This document shows, piece by piece, positions 47,526 through 55,516 of a stretch of 58,293 nucleotides of DNA (its first letter is position 1; every line of letters begins with the position of its first letter). The DNA is from a bacterium. Lineage in GTDB: Bacteria > Myxococcota_A > UBA9160 > SZUA-336. The notes below the pieces were generated by a model. That model saw only the letters and a list, made by a program, of their open reading frames with translations. It was not told the DNA's origin and made no database searches. Made by a program: the position numbers and the translations under genes. The stretch covers positions 1 through 58,293 of the forward strand of contig JBGQIB010000005.1 in NCBI GenBank assembly GCA_041498295.1, read 5' to 3'.

Positions 47526-49109
47526 GTGAACCGCGGCGCCGCGCTCACCGGCAGTCTTCTGGTCGCGACCGGCCTGTCGATCTTCGCGTGGAAGACGCTG
47601 GTCCTACACCTTCCGGTGTTGCCCTCGAACGTCGAGAACCTGTGGCGCGTCGAGCTCGAGATCGACGCGCGCGGCTCGGGGCAGCGCGGCAGCGTGCGCG
47701 CGTCGCTGCCCGACTCCGACTCACAGCAGGAGATCTTCGACGAGCGCCAGACCAACGACCGGCTGGTGTTCACGATCCGCACCGAGAAGACCGGCCAGCG
47801 CCTCGGCGTGTGGAGCGGGAAGTTCGACGGCGTGCACAACCTGTCGCACGCCTTCCGCGTGCAGCTGGCCGAGGAGCCTCTGCCGCTGCCGACGGAGCTG
47901 GCTCTGGAGCCGCCGAAGGACGTCGTCGACTCGTACCTCCATTCGAGCGGGCGTTTTCCGTCGGACGCGCCCGAGATACGCGACCTGCTCGCGAATCTCG
48001 GGCCGCCCAACCCGTCCGACCCTCTGGGCCAGATGCGCGTGCTGCTCGGCTACGTCACCGACGAGATACTCACGGCGAACACCGGCAGCGACGACGCGCT
48101 GCTGACGCTCGCCGCGGGCGAAGGGAGTCAGGTCGGAAAGGCGCGGCTGCTGGTCGCGTTGTTGCGCGCCGCGGGCTATCCGGCGCGGATCTCGGCGGGG
48201 CTGCGCCTGCACGCCGACAAGGAAGCGCGCGAGGCGATCTGGGCCGAGGCGTGGGTGGGCGGCGCGTGGATCGCGCTCTCGCCGTCGCTCGGCTTCTTCG
48301 GCGCGCGCCCGCCGGACCTGCTCCTGCTGCGCACCGGCAGCTCGACCTTGGTCGAGGAGACCGGCCTCGATGCGCTCTCGTTTCGCTATCGCGTGCTGCG
48401 CGAGTCACTCCGCGCGAACGAGGTGGCCTCCTTCATGGTGCCGTCGAACCCGCTCTTGGCCGCGATCTCGCTGTACCGTCTGCCCGTCGGCTCGCAGTCT
48501 GCGCTGCGCATCCTGCTCGTGTTTCCGATCGGGGCGCTGATCATCGCGCTGATTCGGAACATCATCGGCGTACGCACGTTCGGCACGTTCATGCCGCTGC
48601 TCATCTCGCTCGCGCTGCGCGAGCTGCCGCTCACGCTGGGCCTCGCGCTCGTGGGCTCGGTGATCGCGCTCGGCATCGTGTCTCGCTTCCTGCTCGAGCG
48701 CCTGCAGCTCTTGCTGGTGCCGCGGCTCGGCGTGCTGTTGTGTCTCGTCGTGCTCGCGATCACCGCGCAGTCACTGCTCGGCCGGACATACGAGGTGAAG
48801 AACCTGTACGCGAGCGTGCTCTTCCCGGTGGTCATCATGACGATGCTGATCGAGCGCTTTTCGATCACGACGGCGGAAGAGGGGCTGCCCGCGGCGGTGC
48901 GGCGCCTCGCGACCTCGACCGCCGCGGCGGTCTGCGTCTACCCGATCTTCCGCATAGCGGCGCTCGAACACTTGATGTTCGGCTTTCCCGAGCTCGTGCT
49001 CTCGGTCATGGGGGTGCTCGTCTGGATCGGCGGCTACACGGGCTACCGCGCGTCGGAGCTGTGGCGCTTCCGCAGCCTCGCGCGCGGACGCGACGAGGAG
49101 CCGCGGTGA
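47526..49109 (+). CDS. Inactive transglutaminase fused to a 7TM domain
   Basis: GSQVGKARLLVALLRAAGYPARISAG (Cys absent), IWAEAW..WIALSP; IGVRTFGTFMP, LVPRL, FPVVIMTMLIERF, GYTGYR. Confidence 0.85.
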   Translation: MNRGAALTGSLLVATGLSIFAWKTLVLHLPVLPSNVENLWRVELEIDARGSGQRGSVRASLPDSDSQQEIFDERQTNDRLVFTIRTEKTGQRLGVWSGKFDGVHNLSHAFRVQLAEEPLPLPTELALEPPKDVVDSYLHSSGRFPSDAPEIRDLLANLGPPNPSDPLGQMRVLLGYVTDEILTANTGSDDALLTLAAGEGSQVGKARLLVALLRAAGYPARISAGLRLHADKEAREAIWAEAWVGGAWIALSPSLGFFGARPPDLLLLRTGSSTLVEETGLDALSFRYRVLRESLRANEVASFMVPSNPLLAAISLYRLPVGSQSALRILLVFPIGALIIALIRNIIGVRTFGTFMPLLISLALRELPLTLGLALVGSVIALGIVSRFLLERLQLLLVPRLGVLLCLVVLAITAQSLLGRTYEVKNLYASVLFPVVIMTMLIERFSITTAEEGLPAAVRRLATSTAAAVCVYPIFRIAALEHLMFGFPELVLSVMGVLVWIGGYTGYRASELWRFRSLARGRDEEPR

Positions 49110-50065
49110 TCATCTCCGCTCGCCTGCGCGCGCTGGGCGTGCTCGGCATGAACCGACGCAATGGCGTGTACACCTCGCGCTGGAACCAGCGCATGCACTA
49201 CCCGAGCGTCGACGACAAGCTCGAGACGAAGCGCTTGTTGCGCGACGCCGGAATCGCGACCGCGCCCGTGCTCGCGGTGGCGCGCCTGCACTCCGAGGTG
49301 CGCCGCATGCTGCACGATTTGGACTCCTACGCTTCGTTCGTCATCAAGCCCGCCCACGGCGCGATGGGAAACGGAATCCTGGTCGTGCTCGAACGCGACG
49401 GTGACTGGTTCATGAAGACGGGCGGACAATGGGTCGATCGGCGCGCGCTCTCCTATCACTCCGAGAGCATCATCTCGGGCGCGTATGCGCTCGGCGGTCA
49501 GCCCGACGTCGCGTTCGCCGAGGAGCGGCTGCAAGCGCATCCGGACCTGCGCGCGATCACGGCCGAGGGCGTGCCCGACGTGCGCGTCGTCGTGTATCGG
49601 GGCGTGCCCGTGATGTCGATGACGCGTCTGCCGACGCGGCGCTCGCGCGGGCGCGCGAACCTGCACCAGGGCGCCGTCGGCGCCGGCGTCGAGCTGGATT
49701 CCGGAGTCACGAACTTCGCGGTCTGCGACGGGCGCTCGGTCGACGTGCATCCCGACACGCAGCAGGCCGTGCTGGCGCGCGCGATTCCCGAGTGGGAGCG
49801 CGTGCTCGAGATCGCGGTGCGCGCGAGTGATCAGACTCGGCTCGGCTACGTCGGCGCGGACGTCGTGATCGACGCGGAGCACGGGCCGCTGGTGCTCGAG
49901 CTGAATGCGCGGCCGGGTCTCGCGATCCAAATCGCGAACCGCGCGGGGCTCGTGCCGCGCCTCACTGAGGTCGACCGCAGCGTGCGTCCCGACATGCATT
50001 GGAGCGATCGGATCGCGCTCGCGCGCGACATCGCGCGCCGCGCGCGCGGAGGCTCACTCCAGTGA
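49106..50065 (+). CDS. Alpha-L-glutamate ligase-like ATP-grasp protein (RimK-related)
   Basis: LGMNRRN, VDDKL.TK, FVIKPAHG, ANLHQGAVG, LELNARPGLAIQIAN; GTGA overlap. Confidence 0.9.
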   Translation: MIISARLRALGVLGMNRRNGVYTSRWNQRMHYPSVDDKLETKRLLRDAGIATAPVLAVARLHSEVRRMLHDLDSYASFVIKPAHGAMGNGILVVLERDGDWFMKTGGQWVDRRALSYHSESIISGAYALGGQPDVAFAEERLQAHPDLRAITAEGVPDVRVVVYRGVPVMSMTRLPTRRSRGRANLHQGAVGAGVELDSGVTNFAVCDGRSVDVHPDTQQAVLARAIPEWERVLEIAVRASDQTRLGYVGADVVIDAEHGPLVLELNARPGLAIQIANRAGLVPRLTEVDRSVRPDMHWSDRIALARDIARRARGGSLQ

Positions 50066-51303
50066 GAGTTCGGCCGCTGCTCAGCTTCGCGCTCTTCGCG
50101 GCCTTCGCGCTCCAGGGCGGGGCAGCCGCGCAGGAAGTCGCGCCCAAGCATCCGCGTTACGACCTCCACGTCGAGGCGCGCATCGTGCCGACCGAACGCG
50201 CGGCGCACGTCACGCTCGAAGTGGGCAAGGGCGCGGAGAACCTGCTCGAGCTGCGCTTCCGCATCGACCCGAAGCGCCAACTCTTGTTTCGCGGCGACGG
50301 CGAAGTGCGCACCGAGGGCGCGCACGTCACGTGGACCCCGCCGCGCACGGGCGGGAAGCTGACCTACATCTTTCGCATCGATCACCTGCGCGACGCGCGA
50401 CGCTACGACGCGCGCTGCGCGAAGACCTGGGCGATCTTCCGCGGCGAAGACCTCGTGCCGCCCGCTCGCGTGCGGGTCAGCGACGGCGCCTACTCGCGCA
50501 CGCGGCTCTCCGTGCGCTTGCCCGAAGGCTGGGGGATCGCGACGCCCTACGCAAAACTGCGTAGCGGCGAGTTCAAGATCCAGCACCACCGCCGCGGCTT
50601 CATCCGCCCTACGGGCTGGATGATCGCCGGCGACCTCGGCGTCGTGCGCGAGGAGGTCGCGGGCGTGCGCGTCGCGATCGCGGGCCCGCGCACCATGGGC
50701 GTGCGCCGCCAGGACATGCTCGCGATGCTGCACTGGACGCTCCCGACGCTGCGCACGATCCTCGGCGCGCTGCCCGAGCGCCTATTGATCGTGAGCGCGG
50801 CCGATCCGATGTGGCATGGCGGCCTCTCGGGTCCGAACTCTCTCTTCTTGCACGCGCATCGGCCGCTGATCACCGAGGAGGGGCCGAGCCCGCTGCTGCA
50901 TGAAGTCATGCATACGGCGCTCGGGCTTCGGCCCGGGAACGACGGTGACTGGGCGATCGAGGGGCTCGCGCAGTACTACGCGCTCCAGCTCCTCGGCCGC
51001 TCGGGCACGATCTCGCCCGAGCGACTGACTCACGCGCTCGAGCTCCAAGCCGAGCGCGGCAAGGAGGCCGCCCACTTGCGCAGCAAGACCATCTCGGGCG
51101 CCGGCACCGCCCGCGCGGTGACGGTGCTGCGCGCCCTCGACCTCTCGATCCGCGACTCCACGCACGGCATCAAGAGCCTCGACGACGTCGTCCGCATCCT
51201 CGTCGCCGAGGGCGGCGTCCTCAGCACCGAGCGCGTGCAGCGCGCCAGCGAGCGCGTCTCTGGAAAGGACCTCTCGGCGTTCTTCAAGTCGGAAGTCCCC
51301 TGA
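50062..51303 (+). CDS. Secreted gluzincin-type (M61/M1-like) metallopeptidase
   Basis: Signal peptide; LLHEVMH followed by WAIEGLAQYY; GTGA overlap. Confidence 0.7.
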   Translation: MRVRPLLSFALFAAFALQGGAAAQEVAPKHPRYDLHVEARIVPTERAAHVTLEVGKGAENLLELRFRIDPKRQLLFRGDGEVRTEGAHVTWTPPRTGGKLTYIFRIDHLRDARRYDARCAKTWAIFRGEDLVPPARVRVSDGAYSRTRLSVRLPEGWGIATPYAKLRSGEFKIQHHRRGFIRPTGWMIAGDLGVVREEVAGVRVAIAGPRTMGVRRQDMLAMLHWTLPTLRTILGALPERLLIVSAADPMWHGGLSGPNSLFLHAHRPLITEEGPSPLLHEVMHTALGLRPGNDGDWAIEGLAQYYALQLLGRSGTISPERLTHALELQAERGKEAAHLRSKTISGAGTARAVTVLRALDLSIRDSTHGIKSLDDVVRILVAEGGVLSTERVQRASERVSGKDLSAFFKSEVP

Positions 51304-51374
51304 CTCGCAGGGCCCGGGCGCCCCCGCGGGACATCGTCCTGCGGGCCGATGTCGGTCCGCGCCCACCTGCCTTC

Positions 51375-51418
51375 GCTCGGCTCCGCCTCGCTGCGCGCGC
51401 CGCTTGTGCGGCGCTTGC
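51375..51418. repeat. REP-like intergenic element, copy 2
   Basis: CTCGGCTCCGCCTCGCTGCGC-[GCGCCGC TTGT GCGGCGC]-TTGC between convergent genes. Confidence 0.45.
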
Positions 51419-51432
51419 CACTCCTTCGTCCG

Positions 51433-52443
51433 CTAGCGAAAGGCCGGAATCACTTCGCGGGCGAAGAGCTCGAGGTGCTCGTCGGCCCATTCGGGCGGGA
51501 GACCCGGCGGGAGCGTCCAGCCGTAGAAGCGGGTGATCGGCTGCTCGGCGGCATACTTCCGGATCGCCTCGCTCGCCTGCTCGGGTGAGACGATCATCGC
51601 GCCGCGGCTCGAGAGGTCCGCGCGGCTCTTGGCGACCGCGGCGATCTGCATGCCCGCCTCGCCAAACCACTGTGCGTACAGGTTGATCTGGTACAGGAAG
51701 TGGGCCTCCGCCTCGCGCCAGCGCTTCTCGGGGTCGCGCGAGACCAGGAGCCAAGTGACTCCCGCGGCGATCTCGTGCTCGTCGGGGTTCTTGCCCAGAC
51801 GCCGCAGCTCGTCGTGGTAGATCGCGACGAGCGGCGCGATCGGACCGGTGGAGATGTAGGCGTCGCCGAGCCGCGCCGCGCGCCGCACTGCCGGCTCGGA
51901 AAAGCCGCCCACCCAGAGCTTCAGCTTCTTCTGCACCGGCAACGGGCGCAGCTCGACGTCGCGGTAGCGGTAGAAGCGCGCGTCCTGCGTCGTGACTCGC
52001 TCGCCCGCGAAGAGCCGGCGCAGGATCGGCAGCGCCTCGTTCATGCGCGCGGCGCGCTCGCTCGCGGGGATGCCGAAGCCGGTGAACTCGCCCTTGCGGT
52101 AGCCGCCCGCGACGCCGAGCTGGAAGCGCCCGTTCGACATCACGTCGACCGTGGCCGCATCCTCCGCGACGCGCAGCGGATCGTGCAGCGGCAGGAGCAG
52201 CACGCTCGTGCCGATTTGGATCTTCTTCGTGCGCGCCGCGATCGCGCACGCGAGCGGCAGCATCGACGGCGTGTAGCCGTCGGCGATGAAGTGGTGCTCG
52301 GAAAGCCAGACGTCGTCCCAGCCGAGCGCCTCCGCGCGCTCGATCTGCGCCACGATTCCCTCGTACAGCTTCGCCGGATCCTGGCGCCACTGCGGCGGAT
52401 TGCGGAAGTCGTACCAGAGTCCGAATCGGAGTCTCTGAGTCAC
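51433..52443 (-). CDS. LLM-class flavin-dependent oxidoreductase
   Basis: GWDDVWLSEHH, HDPLRVAED, RRAARLGD. Confidence 0.9.
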   Translation of the reverse strand: MTQRLRFGLWYDFRNPPQWRQDPAKLYEGIVAQIERAEALGWDDVWLSEHHFIADGYTPSMLPLACAIAARTKKIQIGTSVLLLPLHDPLRVAEDAATVDVMSNGRFQLGVAGGYRKGEFTGFGIPASERAARMNEALPILRRLFAGERVTTQDARFYRYRDVELRPLPVQKKLKLWVGGFSEPAVRRAARLGDAYISTGPIAPLVAIYHDELRRLGKNPDEHEIAAGVTWLLVSRDPEKRWREAEAHFLYQINLYAQWFGEAGMQIAAVAKSRADLSSRGAMIVSPEQASEAIRKYAAEQPITRFYGWTLPPGLPPEWADEHLELFAREVIPAFR

Positions 52444-52461
52444 GAGTGACTCCCTTCTGGA

Positions 52462-52890
52462 CTATTCCTGCAGGCGCTTGATCAGGCGCAGCAGGCGCGC
52501 GCGCTCGACCACGACGGTCAGCATGATGAAGCCGCCGAGCAGCGCGAGCGTGCCGACGAAGATGCGCATCTGGAGCACCATGACCCCGGCGGAGAACTGC
52601 ATGTTGCGTCCGAGTGCGTGCAGCATCCTCGCTTCCGAAGGCGTCGCCGGCGCGGCGTTCTCGACGATCAGCTGGCCACGCTGAAAGATGAACGCGAGGC
52701 CGGCGATCGGCCCGTCGAAGCCCGGGTCGTCGCGCGGGTCGACGCGCTGGTCGTAGCGCAGGATTCCCCACGCGAGATATGCGCCGCCCAAGAGCGCGAG
52801 CAGCGCGCCGCCGATGGCGAGCGGGCGCTGGTGAGATCGTACGCGGGACAGAAACGCCGCCTCGCGCTGCTCGAATACCGCCATTCTCAT
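52462..52890 (-). CDS. Hypothetical membrane protein
   Basis: Two hydrophobic helices; ATGA overlap with upstream gene. Confidence 0.55.
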   Translation of the reverse strand: MRMAVFEQREAAFLSRVRSHQRPLAIGGALLALLGGAYLAWGILRYDQRVDPRDDPGFDGPIAGLAFIFQRGQLIVENAAPATPSEARMLHALGRNMQFSAGVMVLQMRIFVGTLALLGGFIMLTVVVERARLLRLIKRLQE

Positions 52891-53234
52891 CGTCCCCGGC
52901 GCCAGCCGAAGCGCGCGAGATCGACTCTCGCGCGCGCGTCGAAGCGCACCCCTTCGCGCTCGAGCAGCCGGCGCTGAATGCGCTCGACTCCCTCGAACCC
53001 TCGCTGCGAAATTTGCCCCTGCGCATTGATCACGCGCTGCCACGGCACGCGGTGCCCCTGCTCGGGGAGCGCGTGCAGCGCGTAACCCACGAGCCGCGCC
53101 GCGCCTCCAAGACCTGCGACGCGCGCGACTTGCCCGTAGGTCGCGACGCGGCCCGCCGGAATTTGGCGCACGACGGACCAAATGCGCTCGTACGACGTCG
53201 ACTTCACTCGCGCCCCCGCCCGAGATTTCGGCAC
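52887..53234 (-). CDS. Alkyltransferase-like protein (ATL/YbaZ, MGMT family)
   Basis: IPAGRVATYGQVA, ARLVG.AL, PWQRVIN, QRRLLEREGV. Confidence 0.9.
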   Translation of the reverse strand: MPKSRAGARVKSTSYERIWSVVRQIPAGRVATYGQVARVAGLGGAARLVGYALHALPEQGHRVPWQRVINAQGQISQRGFEGVERIQRRLLEREGVRFDARARVDLARFGWRRGR

Positions 53235-53293
53235 GGCGCTATGCTCTCATAAGCGAGACCGCCGGCCCGCCCAGGCGACACCCAGGAGGCTCG

Positions 53294-54391
53294 ATGAGCC
53301 AGCTCAACGAGCGCGCCGTGCTCGACGCGCTCCGCCCGATTCAAGATCCGGACTTCAAGCGCTCGATCGTCGATCTCGGGTTCGTGAAGAACCTGCGCAT
53401 CGAGGGCGGCAAAGTCGCGTTCGCGATCGAGCTCACGACGCCCGCGTGTCCCGTGAAGGAGCGCTTCGAGGGCGAGGCGCGCGCCGCGGTCGAGAAGCTG
53501 CCCGGCGTGACCTCCGTCGAGGTCACGATGACCGCGCAGACGCGCGGCTCGACGCACACGGCGCGGCCCGAGGGGCTCGAGGACGTGAAGAACGTCGTTG
53601 CGGTGGCGAGCGGCAAGGGGGGAGTCGGGAAGTCGACCGTCGCCGTGAATCTCGCGCTCGCGCTGTCCGAGACCGGCGCGAAGGTAGGGCTGCTCGACTG
53701 CGACGTTTACGGGCCCTCGATCCCGCTCATGCTGCACATCTCCGGTCGCCCGCAGGTCACACAAGACAAGAAGATCCACCCGCTCATGAGCTACGGCTTG
53801 AAGCTGATGTCGATCGGCTTTCTGGCGGGCGAGAACGCGCCGGTGATCTGGCGCGGGCCGATGGTGCACGGAGTGATCAAGCAGTTCCTCTCGGACGTGA
53901 AGTGGGGCGAGCTCGACTATCTCGTGCTCGATCTGCCGCCCGGAACCGGCGACGCGGCGCTGACCATCTGTCAGACGGCCCCGCTGGCGGGCGCGGTGAT
54001 CGTGACGACGCCGCAGGAAGTCGCACTGATCGACGCGCGCAAGGGCCTGCAGATGTTCCAGCGCGTGAACGTACCCGTGCTCGGTATCGTCGAGAACATG
54101 AGTTACTTCACCTGCGACGGCTGCGGCAAGCGCCATACACTGTTTGGTGAAGGCGGCGCGGAGCGCGCGGCGCGGGAGCTCGGCACCGACGTGCTCGGCC
54201 ACGTGCCGATGCAGCCGGACGTCGTGGCCGCCGGCGACGCTGGCAAACCCACGATCATCGGCTCGCCCGATTCGCCTGCCGCGCTCGAGCTGCGCGCGAT
54301 CGCCGGCCTCGTCGCGCGCAAGCTCTCGATGCTGGGTACCGAAACGCCGCCCGTGATCGGAACCAACATCGAGTGGGTCAACACGCCCTGA
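53294..54391 (+). CDS. mrp: Mrp/NBP35 (ApbC) Fe-S cluster carrier ATPase
   Basis: SGKGGVGKST, WRGPM, DLPPGTGD, ENMSYFTCDGC. Confidence 0.95.
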   Translation: MSQLNERAVLDALRPIQDPDFKRSIVDLGFVKNLRIEGGKVAFAIELTTPACPVKERFEGEARAAVEKLPGVTSVEVTMTAQTRGSTHTARPEGLEDVKNVVAVASGKGGVGKSTVAVNLALALSETGAKVGLLDCDVYGPSIPLMLHISGRPQVTQDKKIHPLMSYGLKLMSIGFLAGENAPVIWRGPMVHGVIKQFLSDVKWGELDYLVLDLPPGTGDAALTICQTAPLAGAVIVTTPQEVALIDARKGLQMFQRVNVPVLGIVENMSYFTCDGCGKRHTLFGEGGAERAARELGTDVLGHVPMQPDVVAAGDAGKPTIIGSPDSPAALELRAIAGLVARKLSMLGTETPPVIGTNIEWVNTP

Positions 54392-54392
54392 C

Positions 54393-54725
54393 ATGAGAGT
54401 TCAGCGCTGGGACGCGTCGGCTTGGGCGTGGAGGAGCGAGAAGCTCTCGAAGGTCCCGCTGTTCGAGTCGGAGCGCTTCTTCCTCGACCTCTATTGTCTC
54501 GAGCCCGGTCAGAGCCAGAAACCGCACGCGCACGTGGGCTGTGACAAGGTGTATCTCGTGACCGAGGGCCGCGGCCGATTCCGCGTCGGCGACGGCGAGC
54601 GCGAGCTCGGGCCGGGCGAAGCAGTGATGGCGAGCTCCGGCGAGGTGCACGGCATCGAGAACGACTCGGGCGCGCGCCTGGTCGTGCTGACCCTGATGGC
54701 GCCGCCACCGGGAAAGAGCTCGTAG
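54393..54725 (+). CDS. Cupin domain protein
   Basis: PGQSQKPHAH..DKVY..G, HGIEN. Confidence 0.85.
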   Translation: MRVQRWDASAWAWRSEKLSKVPLFESERFFLDLYCLEPGQSQKPHAHVGCDKVYLVTEGRGRFRVGDGERELGPGEAVMASSGEVHGIENDSGARLVVLTLMAPPPGKSS

Positions 54726-54733
54726 GCAGGACC

Positions 54734-55516
54734 ATGCAGTCCCAGTCACGCGCGATCGCGCTCACGATCGCGGGCTCGGATCCGACGGGTGGCGCGGGGC
54801 TGCAGCTCGATCTCCAAGTCTTCGCGCTGCACGGTGTGCACGGCATGGCCGTGCCGACGGCGCTCACGGTGCAGACCACGAAGGGCGTGCGCCGCACGAG
54901 TCCGGTGTTCCCGAGCGTGGTCGCGGAGCAAATCTCGGCGCTGCTCGACGACCTGCGGCCCCAGGCGCTGAAGCTCGGCATGCTCGCCACCGACGACATC
55001 GTGCTCGCAGTCGCGAACGCGCTCGACCGCCACGTGATTCCGCGCGTCGTCGACCCGGTGTTTCGCGCCAGCGACGGCTCGTTCCTGCTCGAGCAACGCG
55101 CGCTCGGAAACCTCGTCGAGCGCCTGATTCATGGCGCCGCGCTGGTCACACCGAATCTTCCCGAAGCCGAGGCGCTGACCGGCGAGACCGACCCCGAGCG
55201 CGCGGCGCGCGCATTTCTCGAGCTGGGCGCGGAGGCGGCGCTCGTGAAGGGAGGGCACGCCGAGGGCACGCCGGACGACTTCCTCGCGACTCGTTCGGGC
55301 GCGGGTGTCTGGCTGCGCGGCACGCGCAGCGACGTCGGCCCGGTGCACGGCACCGGCTGCGCGCTCTCGGCCGCGATCACCGCGCGACTCGCGCGCGGCG
55401 AGTCACTCGAGCCCGCGGTGCGCGCCGCGAAGGACTACGTGGCCCGAGCGATCGCCGCGTCGCAAGCGCTCGGCAAGGGCGCGCGCGTGCTAGGGCTAGG
55501 GCTCGCGCGAAGCTGA
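54734..55516 (+). CDS. thiD: Hydroxymethylpyrimidine/phosphomethylpyrimidine kinase
   Basis: IAGSDPTGGAGLQ, VTPNLPEA, VKGGH, HGTGCALS. Confidence 0.9.
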   Translation: MQSQSRAIALTIAGSDPTGGAGLQLDLQVFALHGVHGMAVPTALTVQTTKGVRRTSPVFPSVVAEQISALLDDLRPQALKLGMLATDDIVLAVANALDRHVIPRVVDPVFRASDGSFLLEQRALGNLVERLIHGAALVTPNLPEAEALTGETDPERAARAFLELGAEAALVKGGHAEGTPDDFLATRSGAGVWLRGTRSDVGPVHGTGCALSAAITARLARGESLEPAVRAAKDYVARAIAASQALGKGARVLGLGLARS

